Shown here: positions 1-8,185 of the stretch, one piece after another
Position numbering within the stretch: position 1 is the first letter of the stretch
How the letters are laid out: each line of letters opens with the position of its first letter
Origin: Pyrodictium abyssi
GTDB lineage: Archaea > Thermoproteota > Thermoprotei_A > Sulfolobales > Pyrodictiaceae
DNA: 32,000 nucleotides
NCBI RefSeq assembly: GCF_036323395.1
Contig: NZ_AP028907.1
Location: 1,680,001-1,712,000, forward strand
Direction of reading: 5' to 3'
Program-made: the position numbers and the translations under genes
The notes under the pieces: generated by a model
What the model was told of the DNA's origin: nothing
The model's input: the letters and a program-made list of their open reading frames with translations, nothing else
The model's database searches: none

Positions 1-203
1 GGGATACCCTTCTCCATGAACTCCTTTACGAGCTTCTTCACAGCCCTCTTGCGCTCTACGAGCCTCCGCGCCTCCTCCAGGCCCATCTCTATCAGCATGT
101 TGTATGCGTGGTTCCGGCTACGGGCTATGCCAAGCCTAACCATCTCCTCGGCGAGCTCGGCGACCTCCCGGCGGACCTTGATGGTGACAGCTACAAGCGC
201 CAC
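1..203 (-). CDS. Ribbon-helix-helix (CopG/VapB-antitoxin-like) DNA-binding protein, partial (runs off the left edge)
   Basis: Absent from the ORF track because the window edge truncates it. My own minus-strand translation from GTG (203-201) gives VALVAVTIKVRREVAELAEEMVRLGIARSRNHAYNMLIEMGLEEARRLVERKRAVKKLVKEFMEKGI... and stays open to base 1. A short beta-strand (VTIKV) followed by two helices is the RHH pattern. Confidence 0.45.
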   Translation of the reverse strand, partial: MALVAVTIKVRREVAELAEEMVRLGIARSRNHAYNMLIEMGLEEARRLVERKRAVKKLVKEFMEKGI

Positions 204-327
204 AGGATGGTACACCCGGGTACACCTGGGGTGTCCCCTGAGTGTATTAGGGCTTTCGCCTAGCCGCGCTCTACGACCACCCCCCGGGGCAGCTGCGCGG
301 AGACGACCCGGGGGCAGGAATGAGCCT

Positions 328-741
328 TCAGTCCCGGGGGCTAGGCAGCGTCTCCGAGCCCCGGCCCTCCTCGGCGCTGCAGACAACGCCTCCTATCAGG
401 GCTCTGAGCTCCTTGACGAGCCTGCGGAGCGCCTCTTCGGCGCCGGGCCGGGCCCGGTAGTACTTCCTCATCGTGCCGGCTGGGCTCCGCGCCCAGTAGC
501 TCTCTAGGAGGCCAAGCTTCTCCAGCCTCTTCAGCACGTCGTACACCGTGCTCTCGCTGGGCGCTAGCCCGGGCGCAGCCTCCTCCAGGTAGCGGCGCAC
601 AGCGTAGCCGTGCAGGGGGCCACGGCGGGCTAGGAGGTCGAGCACCACGATGCTGTAGAGCCCGACCCTCAGGTCGCGGAGCAGCTTCTCGACAGCCCGG
701 TCCACGCCCGGCACCGGCCCCACACGTGCATACCCGGTCAC
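328..741 (-). CDS. PadR-family winged-helix transcriptional regulator
   Basis: 137-aa ORF with a GTG start. LYSIVVLDLLARRGPLHGYAVRRYLEE...STVYDVLKRLEKLGLLESYWA...RKYYR matches the PadR wHTH core pattern. Confidence 0.85.
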   Translation of the reverse strand: MTGYARVGPVPGVDRAVEKLLRDLRVGLYSIVVLDLLARRGPLHGYAVRRYLEEAAPGLAPSESTVYDVLKRLEKLGLLESYWARSPAGTMRKYYRARPGAEEALRRLVKELRALIGGVVCSAEEGRGSETLPSPRD

Positions 742-751
742 GCCCCGCTGC

Positions 752-1654
752 TCAGTATATCTCTGGAGGCTCCTCAGCCGGCTCCCCGTTCAGGGCCAGT
801 CTGTAGCCGCGCCGCCCCGCGTAGACGGCTATAGCGGCTGCTACTGCTAGGAAGCCTAGCGAAGCAGCCAGCCCCGCCGGCGGGGCTAGCAGCGGGCTCT
901 CCTCGACAGCGGCGTAGGCGAGGCCAGCCACAGCGTTCACCACGCCGTGCGTCACAGCCGGGGCTGCCACTGTGCCAGAGAGCGCCCGGAGCAGGGCGAG
1001 CACGAGGCCGCCGGACACCGTGAATACCAGGAACGCTAGGAGCGACGCCAGCCCGGTCAAGCCGCTGTAGTTGTAGCCCATGAGGGCTACCAGCGGGGCG
1101 TGCCAGAGCCCCCAGACCAGGCCGACTAGCACCGAGGCCCAGGCGAACCCCAGCCTGGAGCCGAGCCGGGCCAGGAGGTAGCCCCGCCAACCGGTCTCCT
1201 CGCCCAGCGCGAGCAGAGCATTCAACGTGGAGCCCGCCACCACGGCTTGCAGGAGCATCAGAGCCAGCAGGAAGGGCGCCGGCAGGGGAGGCTCCATGCC
1301 GCTGAGGAGCAGCCCCACAATCTCCCCGGGGCCGCGGAGCCGGAGCCCTAGAAGCGGGCTAACCAGGACCGCTACCCCGTAGGCAGCTAGGGGGACAGCA
1401 GCTGAGGCCGCTACTACGCCAGCGCGGCCCCTCCGTAGGCCTATACTGCGGAGGCCCTCCCGGACCCCATATCCCTCGCAGGCCAGCGCCGCCACGGCGC
1501 CGGCGAAGGGCGTGTACATCCGGGCAGCAGCCGCAAGGACAAACACGAGCCGGTCTCCGGCGTGGGGCAGGATTACGAGGAAGTCGATAGCATAGCCGAG
1601 GCCGAACGAGACAGCTATGAACACTAGGACCCCGGCTAGGCTCCTACCCGGCAC
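752..1654 (-). CDS. CPBP (CAAX/Abi) family intramembrane glutamic endopeptidase
   Basis: 300-aa polytopic membrane ORF. It has the three CPBP motifs: EETGWR (EExxxR), WGLWH (FxxxH-type) and HGVVN (HxxxN). It ends 10 nt upstream of the PadR start, same strand. Confidence 0.85.
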   Translation of the reverse strand: MPGRSLAGVLVFIAVSFGLGYAIDFLVILPHAGDRLVFVLAAAARMYTPFAGAVAALACEGYGVREGLRSIGLRRGRAGVVAASAAVPLAAYGVAVLVSPLLGLRLRGPGEIVGLLLSGMEPPLPAPFLLALMLLQAVVAGSTLNALLALGEETGWRGYLLARLGSRLGFAWASVLVGLVWGLWHAPLVALMGYNYSGLTGLASLLAFLVFTVSGGLVLALLRALSGTVAAPAVTHGVVNAVAGLAYAAVEESPLLAPPAGLAASLGFLAVAAAIAVYAGRRGYRLALNGEPAEEPPEIY

Positions 1655-1667
1655 CCCGCGGCGCCCC

Positions 1668-2021
1668 CTAGGCCGGCTCCACTACGACCGCCGTGCCGTA
1701 GGCTAGGACCTCGGCCGCGTACTGCGAGATAGCCGAGGTAGACAGCCTCAACCCGAGGACCGCATTCGCGCCCATCTCCCGGGCCTTCTCGGCGAGCCTC
1801 CGTAGGGCTAGCTCCCGGGCCTCAGCCAGCATCTCCGTGTACTCCTTCACCTCGCCGCCCATTAGGTTCCTAACGAACGCTACAATGTCCTTGCCAATAT
1901 GCTTCGCTAGTACCGCGCTAGCGCTCACGACGCCCAGCACGCGTACAACACGGTAGCCCGGGAGCTGCTCCAGCGTGGAGAGTATGACTTCCTGCACCTG
2001 GCCGGGCACAAGGCCCACCAT
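1668..2021 (-). CDS. YbjQ/UPF0145 family protein
   Basis: The ORF track gives 1668..2165, but family similarity starts at the internal ATG 2021-2019 (MVGLVPGQVQEVILSTLEQLPGYRVVRVLGVV...GANAVLGLRL...AYGTAVVVEP). A TATA box sits 23 nt upstream of that ATG. The residues upstream of it are Arg/Pro/Ala-rich. Confidence 0.8.
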   Translation of the reverse strand: MVGLVPGQVQEVILSTLEQLPGYRVVRVLGVVSASAVLAKHIGKDIVAFVRNLMGGEVKEYTEMLAEARELALRRLAEKAREMGANAVLGLRLSTSAISQYAAEVLAYGTAVVVEPA

Positions 2022-2044
2022 GTATACCCCGGGCTCCGAGGTAC

Positions 2045-2051
2045 TTATAAA
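2045..2051 (-). promoter_or_regulatory. TATA box (TTTATAA on the minus strand) for the YbjQ-CPBP-PadR gene string
   Basis: The plus strand reads GTACTTATAAATGTAC at 2041-2056, so the minus strand reads TTTATAA. It lies about 23 nt upstream of ATG 2021, the geometry expected for a leaderless archaeal mRNA. Confidence 0.5.
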
Positions 2052-2200
2052 TGTACTACTGGCGCCGCCGGCTAGAGGCTTCCGGGGCCCCGGGGCACGG
2101 GCCGCAGCAGCGAGAACGCGTAGAGACGGCGGAAAGCCTCTCGGAGCCCGGCGGCCCTGGAACAAAAACCCGGGGGCCGGTGGGAGCCCGTGGAGGAGGG

Positions 2201-2659
2201 CTAGCTCTTCTTAGCGGAGGCGGTCTCAACCACGAGCACGTCGACGCGGTGGCTTATCGAGACTATCTTGCTGGAGACGCTGCCTAGTATGAGTCTTTCT
2301 AGGCCGCCGCGGCCCCGGCGCCCCACGACGATTAGGTCGCAGCCGTTGCTCTCGGCGAAGTTTACCAGCTCCTCGGCTGGGTCGCCGACCAGGAGGACCG
2401 GCTCGACGCTCTCGAGCCCGGCTGCCTCCCGTATCTCCCTGACGAGCGCCTCGAGTTTCTCCCGGGCAGGCTTCTCCAGCTCCGTAGCAGCCGGTATCTC
2501 GGGGATGAGCATCTCGCCTAGGAACACCGTGGGCGGCGGCAGCACCGTCGCCACTAAGAGCCGGGCGCCGAGGCGCCGAGCCAGCTCCACCGCCTTCTCC
2601 ACTGCGAGACGGCTAGCCTCACTCCCGTCGTAGCCCACGAGGATACACGAGTAGACCAA
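2201..2659 (-). CDS. Universal stress protein (UspA family)
   Basis: 152 aa. ILVGYDGSEASRLAVEKAVELA...LIVVGRRGRGGLERLILGSVSSKIV contains the UspA ATP-binding G-x2-G-x9-G(S/T) motif. TTG start. Confidence 0.9.
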   Translation of the reverse strand: MVYSCILVGYDGSEASRLAVEKAVELARRLGARLLVATVLPPPTVFLGEMLIPEIPAATELEKPAREKLEALVREIREAAGLESVEPVLLVGDPAEELVNFAESNGCDLIVVGRRGRGGLERLILGSVSSKIVSISHRVDVLVVETASAKKS

Positions 2660-2765
2660 GAGCCTCTACACCGTATGTATAAGACTAGAGCCGGCGGGGC
2701 TAAAGCAGGTTCCCCCATAGAGGAGAGGCCGGCGGCTATAGGGGAGGGCCCAGGGTGCCAGGACT

Positions 2766-3728
2766 GTGAGCCTCGAGAAGGCATGGGGGCTGCTGGAGGC
2801 CGCACGTAGGCTGCACGTGGTCAGCCACGTGGACCTCGACGGGCTCGCCGCGGCCGCGCTCCTCCTGCGCTGGGCCCGGAGACGCGGCATAGAGGCCAGG
2901 CACAGCGTCGCCGGGGTACGCGGCCTCTACCGGATGCTGCGCCGCGCCCTCCAGGAGGCCGCGGGCCAGCCCGGCTCGCTGGTTGTTGTCGCCGACCTGT
3001 CGCCGCGCGGCAGAGACGACGCCGAGGCCATAGCGGGGCTGCTGCGCTGGGGCCAGCGGCTACTGTGGATAGACCACCACGAGTGGCCGGAGGGCGCCCG
3101 CGAAGCCCTGGAGCGGGCCGGCGCAGTAGTGGTCCACGACCGGTCGAGGGTCACGGCCGAGATAGCCTGCAGCGTAGCCCGCTGCGAAGGCGATGACCTA
3201 GAGCTCGTAGGGCTGGCGCGCGCCGACGACAGCTGCGCCGAGGATCCCCGTGGGCTCGCTGAGCGGTGGCGGCTGGTGCTACGCCACCTCGACTGGGAGG
3301 GGCTACGCCGGGCCGCCGAGGCCCTCGCCCAGGGCGAGCTCTGGCCGGACTGGGTCCGGGAGGTCTACGAGAGGGAGGCCCCCAGCTACTACAGCGAGAT
3401 ACGCGAGAAGACCAGCGTAGACCGCTACGAGTTCAACGGCCTACGGGTGGCCGTGGTCACCCCGCCGCCCCGAGCCAGCGGCTGCGACGTGCAGCGGCTA
3501 GGCCTAGTACCCGGCCCAGAGGAGGCTGACGTGGCCGTGATACTCTACCCCAGGGGCATCAGCATAAGGACGTGGGGCCAGCTACGGGCCGACTGCATAG
3601 CCTCTAGGCTTGGCGGAGGCGGCCACAGCCACGTAGCCGGCGCGCCCAGGCCCAGCACCACTATGGGCCCAGCGCAGATAGCCCGGATGGTGGCTAACGC
3701 AGCGGAGGAGTGCAGGACGGGGCAGTAG
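2766..3728 (+). CDS. DHH/DHHA1 family phosphoesterase (NrnA/RecJ-like)
   Basis: 320 aa with a GTG start. DHH motifs are intact: SHVDLDG (motif I), WIDHHEW (DHH motif III) and GGGGHSHVAG (DHHA1 GGGH). Confidence 0.8.
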   Translation: MSLEKAWGLLEAARRLHVVSHVDLDGLAAAALLLRWARRRGIEARHSVAGVRGLYRMLRRALQEAAGQPGSLVVVADLSPRGRDDAEAIAGLLRWGQRLLWIDHHEWPEGAREALERAGAVVVHDRSRVTAEIACSVARCEGDDLELVGLARADDSCAEDPRGLAERWRLVLRHLDWEGLRRAAEALAQGELWPDWVREVYEREAPSYYSEIREKTSVDRYEFNGLRVAVVTPPPRASGCDVQRLGLVPGPEEADVAVILYPRGISIRTWGQLRADCIASRLGGGGHSHVAGAPRPSTTMGPAQIARMVANAAEECRTGQ

Positions 3729-3776
3729 CGCCCCCGCTGGGCGGTTTCTGCCAGGCTGCATAGAAAAATAGCCCTC

Positions 3777-4319
3777 ATGCCCCCTCCAGGTAGCACGGGG
3801 AGCCGCCCCTTGGGGAAGCGTATACTCTTCCTAGTCGGCCCCGAGTTCGAGGACATCGAGCTCTACTACCCGCTCTACAGGCTGCAGGAGGAGGGCTACG
3901 AGACCATAGTCGCCGGCCCGAGCCGCGACACCCTGCCCGGGAAGAGGGGCTACAGCGTCAAGCCGGACCTCGCCTTTGAGGAGGTAGACCCGGGCGAGTA
4001 CGCTGGCCTAGTGCTGCCGGGCGGCCGGGGCCCCGAGAGGATAAGGAACAACGAGCACGTCAAGAGAATAGTGCGTGGCTTCTTCGAGGACGAGAGACCC
4101 GTGGCCGCTATCTGCCACGGGCCCCAGGTGCTGATAAGCGCTGGCGTGCTCCACGGCCGCCGAGCCACCAGTTACCCCGGGATAAAGGACGACGTCATAA
4201 ATGCCGGGGCCGTGTGGCTAGACCAGCCGGTGGTCGTGGACGGGAACCTGGTCACGGCAAGGATACCGCCGGACATGCCCATGTGGATGCGGGAGTACAT
4301 ACGGCTGCTAAGAGCCTAG
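3777..4319 (+). CDS. pfpI: DJ-1/PfpI family intracellular protease/deglycase
   Basis: It can be aligned by eye along its length with Pyrococcus protease I: ILFLVGPEFEDIELYYPLYRLQEEGY, LVLPGGRGPERIR and the nucleophile elbow AAICHGPQVLISAGVL. The true start may be the in-frame TTG at 3810 (MGKRILFLV). Confidence 0.9.
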   Translation: MPPPGSTGSRPLGKRILFLVGPEFEDIELYYPLYRLQEEGYETIVAGPSRDTLPGKRGYSVKPDLAFEEVDPGEYAGLVLPGGRGPERIRNNEHVKRIVRGFFEDERPVAAICHGPQVLISAGVLHGRRATSYPGIKDDVINAGAVWLDQPVVVDGNLVTARIPPDMPMWMREYIRLLRA

Positions 4320-5056
4320 GAGCCTGCGGCACCGCAGCGCCTCCCAGCCACAGCCCCCAGGGCCGCCAGCGCCAGGCCCACCACTGTTACCGCTAGTGCC
4401 CCGCTCCGCAGCTTTCCGGGGCTCATCAGCTCGAGCTTGGCTAGCAGCTCGTCCGCTGTCTTTAGGGCCGCCTTGGTCTCCTTCATGCTCTCTTCGAGCC
4501 GGCTCGGTGGCATAGCCTTCACTAGCTTATCAAGCGTCCCCATGTACGACTTGAGCCTAGCCGTATCGACCTCCCTAAGAAGAGAGGCTAGCTTCTTCAT
4601 ATTGGCTGATGTTTCCTGCGCCTGCCTCATCGCCTTAACCAGGTCTTTGAGGGACGCACCGAGCCCAAGGAGCGCTGCTGCCGGCTTCTCTGCTAGCTCG
4701 GCTAGACGATCCATGGTCTTGTTGTACCACCCACTATGGGTGACATTGTAGAATGTTTCCAGCAGCTCTAGCCCCTCCGAAGCGTTGCCAGCCACCATGC
4801 TGTACTCCTCTATCATCTTTTCCAGCGTGGGCAGCTGTTCTGCTAGGCTCCTGTACTCCTCTATGATGCCGCTCTCCTCTAGGACGTGGAGGAGCCTCTC
4901 GTACTCGTGTAACGCCTCCTTGTAGTTCATAGCCTTGCTGTAGAGCGGAGCATACATGGCTACCGTGAAGTAGTAGAGGAGCAAGCCTAGAGCAGCAAGC
5001 ACTACTCCGGCGCCTACGGCCGCCCCTGCCGAGAAGCATACACGTCTACCGGGCAT
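4316..5056 (-). CDS. Hypothetical doubly membrane-anchored coiled-coil protein
   Basis: 246 aa with an ATG start. Hydrophobic helices occur at both ends (AAVGAGVVLAALGLLLYYF... and ...GALAVTVVGLALAALGAVA). Between them is a Glu/Lys/Leu-rich helical region with three N-x-S/T sequons. No family recognised. Confidence 0.6.
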   Translation of the reverse strand: MPGRRVCFSAGAAVGAGVVLAALGLLLYYFTVAMYAPLYSKAMNYKEALHEYERLLHVLEESGIIEEYRSLAEQLPTLEKMIEEYSMVAGNASEGLELLETFYNVTHSGWYNKTMDRLAELAEKPAAALLGLGASLKDLVKAMRQAQETSANMKKLASLLREVDTARLKSYMGTLDKLVKAMPPSRLEESMKETKAALKTADELLAKLELMSPGKLRSGALAVTVVGLALAALGAVAGRRCGAAGS

Positions 5057-5115
5057 ACAGCGCCCCAGCCAAGGCAGCGCTCTGGACCCGATATATCTGT
5101 ATCCGTTACATTCGG

Positions 5116-6240
5116 CTAGTCTGGCCCCAGGCCCCGCGGCTCTAGGAGATGTAGCAGGTTCAGCTCAGTCTCTGGGTCGAAGAGCATCACGTGCTCGGCC
5201 GGCACGGAGACGTAGAGCTTCTCGCCCGCCCTGGGCCTTACGCTCGGCGGAGTCAGGACCTTAACCGGCACCCCCGCGACCATCACAGTCACTATGTTCT
5301 CCCTACCGAGCGGCTCCACCACGTAGACCTCGCCCTCGATACTCAGCGCCCCCGAAGCCGGCTCATAGCCTAGCCGGGCGTGCTCTGGCCGGAAGACCAC
5401 GACTACCTCCTCTATACCGGTCTCAGCGAGAGCCTTGGCATACTCCTCCCGGGGCGAGAGCCGGGCCCCTGCCACCTCGACCATGACCACGCCGTCGCGG
5501 AGGACCCTGCCCGGCAGCATGTTGGCGGGCGGGGAGCCTATGAAGCCGGCTACGAAGAGGTTCCGGGGCCGATTGTACACGTCATCGGGGCTGCCCACCT
5601 GCTGGACCCTACCCCGGTCTATCACTACTATCACGTCCGCTATACTCATGGCCTCAGCCTGGTCGTGCGTCACGTGTATAGCCGTTATCTCGAGGCGCCT
5701 CTGCAGCTTCTTCAGCTCAGCCCGGATCGTGAGCCTGAGGAGGGCGTCCAGGTTGCTGAGAGGCTCGTCAAGCAGAAGCACGTCTGGCTCCTTGACCAGG
5801 GCCCTCGCCAGTGCTACGCGCTGCTGCTGGCCGCCGCTAAGCTGGCCCGGGTACCGGTCGAGAAGCTCCTCTATCCTTAGGAGCCGCGCCACCTCCTGAA
5901 CCTTGGCGTCTATCTTCGACTCGGGGAGCTTCCTAAGCCTCATGGGGAACGCAATATTGTCATAAACCTTCATGTGGGGATAGAGGGCATAGTTCTGGAA
6001 CACGAGGCCCACGTTACGATCCTTCGGAGGCAGGTTTGTGACCTCGCGGTCGCCGAAGAATATTCTACCGCTCGTCGGCTTGTATATGCCGGCTATGAGG
6101 TAGAGGAGCGTACTCTTCCCGGAGCCGCTTGGCCCGAGGAGGGCAGAGAACCTGCCATCGGGGAACTCTAGGGTCACGTTATCGACCGCGACGACGCGGC
6201 CGAAGCGCTTAGTCACGTTCTCGAGCCTTACCTCGACCAT
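5116..6240 (-). CDS. Sugar ABC transporter ATP-binding protein (MalK/UgpC-like, CUT1)
   Basis: 374 aa. Walker A GPSGSGKST, signature LSGGQQQRVALARAL, Walker B LLLDEPLS, H-loop VTHD, plus a C-terminal MalK-type regulatory/TOBE-like extension. Confidence 0.95.
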   Translation of the reverse strand: MVEVRLENVTKRFGRVVAVDNVTLEFPDGRFSALLGPSGSGKSTLLYLIAGIYKPTSGRIFFGDREVTNLPPKDRNVGLVFQNYALYPHMKVYDNIAFPMRLRKLPESKIDAKVQEVARLLRIEELLDRYPGQLSGGQQQRVALARALVKEPDVLLLDEPLSNLDALLRLTIRAELKKLQRRLEITAIHVTHDQAEAMSIADVIVVIDRGRVQQVGSPDDVYNRPRNLFVAGFIGSPPANMLPGRVLRDGVVMVEVAGARLSPREEYAKALAETGIEEVVVVFRPEHARLGYEPASGALSIEGEVYVVEPLGRENIVTVMVAGVPVKVLTPPSVRPRAGEKLYVSVPAEHVMLFDPETELNLLHLLEPRGLGPD

Positions 6241-7197
6241 CTAGCCCTTCACCCCTCCACCCATTGCCTGGAGGAGGAGCTTCTGGGTCGCGACGAAGAA
6301 CACAATCGTGGGGAGGAGGTACAGGGTGCCAGCAGCCGCCGCTATTGGGAGGTAAGCTGTCTCTATGTTGCCCACTACCTCCTCTATGAAGGTCGCCAGC
6401 GTCTTTATGCCCCCGGTGTAGAGGAACACATGGACGTATATCAGGTCCTCCCAGCCCGCGAGGAACGCGAATATGGCGAGCGCTGCGATGCCAGGCTTCA
6501 CCTGGGGCAGGACTATCTGCCACCAGACCCGCAGCCTAGAGGCACCGTCTATCATCGCACTCCACTCGACCTCCCATGGTATACGGTCGAAGAAGCCCTT
6601 CATCAGCCAGATGCTCATAGGTATCTCCAGCGCGGCGCGGGCCAGTATCGTGTAGAGGAAACGGTACCCCGTCACAGCCTCGCGGGGCACGAGGCCGAGG
6701 CTCCACACGTAGATAGCGTAGACAGCTATTATGAGGGCAACGCCCGGGAAGGCGTGGAGCAGGATAATGAACTCCATGAGGCGGCGCCGGCCCCGGAACC
6801 GCATACGGGAGAACGCGTAGCCAGCCATCACGCTAGTAAGCACAACTATCACCGTGACCCCCGCCGCGACTAGCAGCGTGTTCAGCACTATCACGGCGAG
6901 GTCGCGGGCCGTGTAAAGCTGCCCGGCCGCTGGCTCTAGACGGCCCTCGAATAGGAGTCTCCAGTTCTCGAGGCTATAGCGCGCCGAGAATATATCGGGG
7001 CCGGAGAGCATCCGGTCCGCGAAGCTCGAGAGCACCAGGAGCAGGTAGAGCATGACGAGCGGCACTGTGGCTAGGCCGACGGCTAGGCCTAGCACTAGGG
7101 TGAGACGGCGCCGGGGCACAGTCTCCACGTCGCTGAACACTAGCCGCTCCTCCCCGGCGCCGCCCCCGCGCCGTATACCGGGCAGACGGAGACCCAT
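6241..7197 (-). CDS. Sugar ABC transporter permease (MalG-like)
   Basis: 318-aa polytopic ORF with a BPD-transporter EAA-type loop (IDGASRLRVWWQIVLP). Its stop directly abuts the ATPase start (6240/6241). Confidence 0.9.
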   Translation of the reverse strand: MGLRLPGIRRGGGAGEERLVFSDVETVPRRRLTLVLGLAVGLATVPLVMLYLLLVLSSFADRMLSGPDIFSARYSLENWRLLFEGRLEPAAGQLYTARDLAVIVLNTLLVAAGVTVIVVLTSVMAGYAFSRMRFRGRRRLMEFIILLHAFPGVALIIAVYAIYVWSLGLVPREAVTGYRFLYTILARAALEIPMSIWLMKGFFDRIPWEVEWSAMIDGASRLRVWWQIVLPQVKPGIAALAIFAFLAGWEDLIYVHVFLYTGGIKTLATFIEEVVGNIETAYLPIAAAAGTLYLLPTIVFFVATQKLLLQAMGGGVKG

Positions 7198-7199
7198 GG

Positions 7200-8144
7200 C
7201 TAGAGGTCACCCCTCGGCTCCTGCATCATGCGGTGGAACCCGAGTACACGGAGAGCCACTACGCCCAGAGCAGCCCCTATGACCACTAGTATCGTCGCCG
7301 CGGCCGCCGCTAGGCCCTGGTCGCTAGTGGTGAACGCTGTGTTGAACACATATAGGGCCCATGTGCTGCCCCACCACTTGTCGACCGCGCCCCACTCGAC
7401 GAGCAGGAATATGTGCGCGTACGTGGTTACCAGGCTGAGGAGCTGCCACACGGTGACGTAGACCAGATGCCAGCGGAGCTGGGGCACAAGCACGTAGCGT
7501 ACCAGCTGCCAGGTAGAGGCGCCGTCGACACGCGCCGCTATTAGGTGTTCTCTGGGGATGCTGCGCAGCGCGCTATAGAACACAACCATGCCGAAGCTTA
7601 CGCCGACGAACCCGTTGACTATGACCAGGATAACCCAGGCGCTGTAGGGGAGAAGCCCTGGATCAGTGCCCCACGATAGGGGCTTATCCATAACGCCTAG
7701 GCTTAGAAGAATACTGTTAAGCGTCCCTGACTTGTCTCCTAGGAAGAAGTAGTACCACATAAGCGAGTAGACGGCTATGGGCGTCATACGGGGGAGCATC
7801 CAGAGGACCCGGTAGGGGAGCGAAACCCGCTCCTCCATCAGGAACGTCGAGAGCGCTAGGGCGAGGCCTCCGAGCACGTTCACAGCGAGTGTAGTCGCGA
7901 CGAATACTATGGTTGTGCGCACCACCTTGCCGACGTCGGGGTCGTGCAGGATCATGTATGCTAGCCGCTCATAGTTGTAGGATGTGAGCTCGCCTAGGTA
8001 GCGGTGGAGATTCCAGTTCTCGAGCGGTGTGAAGCTGATGTAGATGGAGAGTACCAGAGGGACTATGTAGAACACGGCTACGAGTAGGAGAGCAGGTAGT
8101 AGGAAAAACGCTGCGGGGCTGGGCCTAGGCTTTGGCAGGGGCAC
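7200..8144 (-). CDS. Sugar ABC transporter permease (MalF-like)
   Basis: 314-aa polytopic ORF with an EAA-type loop (AARVDGASTWQLVRYVLVPQL). There is a 2-nt gap to the next permease. Confidence 0.9.
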   Translation of the reverse strand: MPLPKPRPSPAAFFLLPALLLVAVFYIVPLVLSIYISFTPLENWNLHRYLGELTSYNYERLAYMILHDPDVGKVVRTTIVFVATTLAVNVLGGLALALSTFLMEERVSLPYRVLWMLPRMTPIAVYSLMWYYFFLGDKSGTLNSILLSLGVMDKPLSWGTDPGLLPYSAWVILVIVNGFVGVSFGMVVFYSALRSIPREHLIAARVDGASTWQLVRYVLVPQLRWHLVYVTVWQLLSLVTTYAHIFLLVEWGAVDKWWGSTWALYVFNTAFTTSDQGLAAAAATILVVIGAALGVVALRVLGFHRMMQEPRGDL

Positions 8145-8185
8145 CGGGGGGCACCCCTCGGTGCTTGTAGCGGTGCCGACGGTGT

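Noticed and set aside
16-507. 163-aa plus-strand ORF at the left end
   Set aside because: It lies antisense to the RHH and PadR genes. It is Arg/Pro/Ser/Ala-rich with no motif, which is a typical shadow ORF of a high-GC coding region.
2022-2165. 48-aa N-terminal extension of the YbjQ ORF
   Set aside because: It is Arg/Pro/Ala-rich and contains the TATA box itself (2045-2051). The family core begins at ATG 2021.
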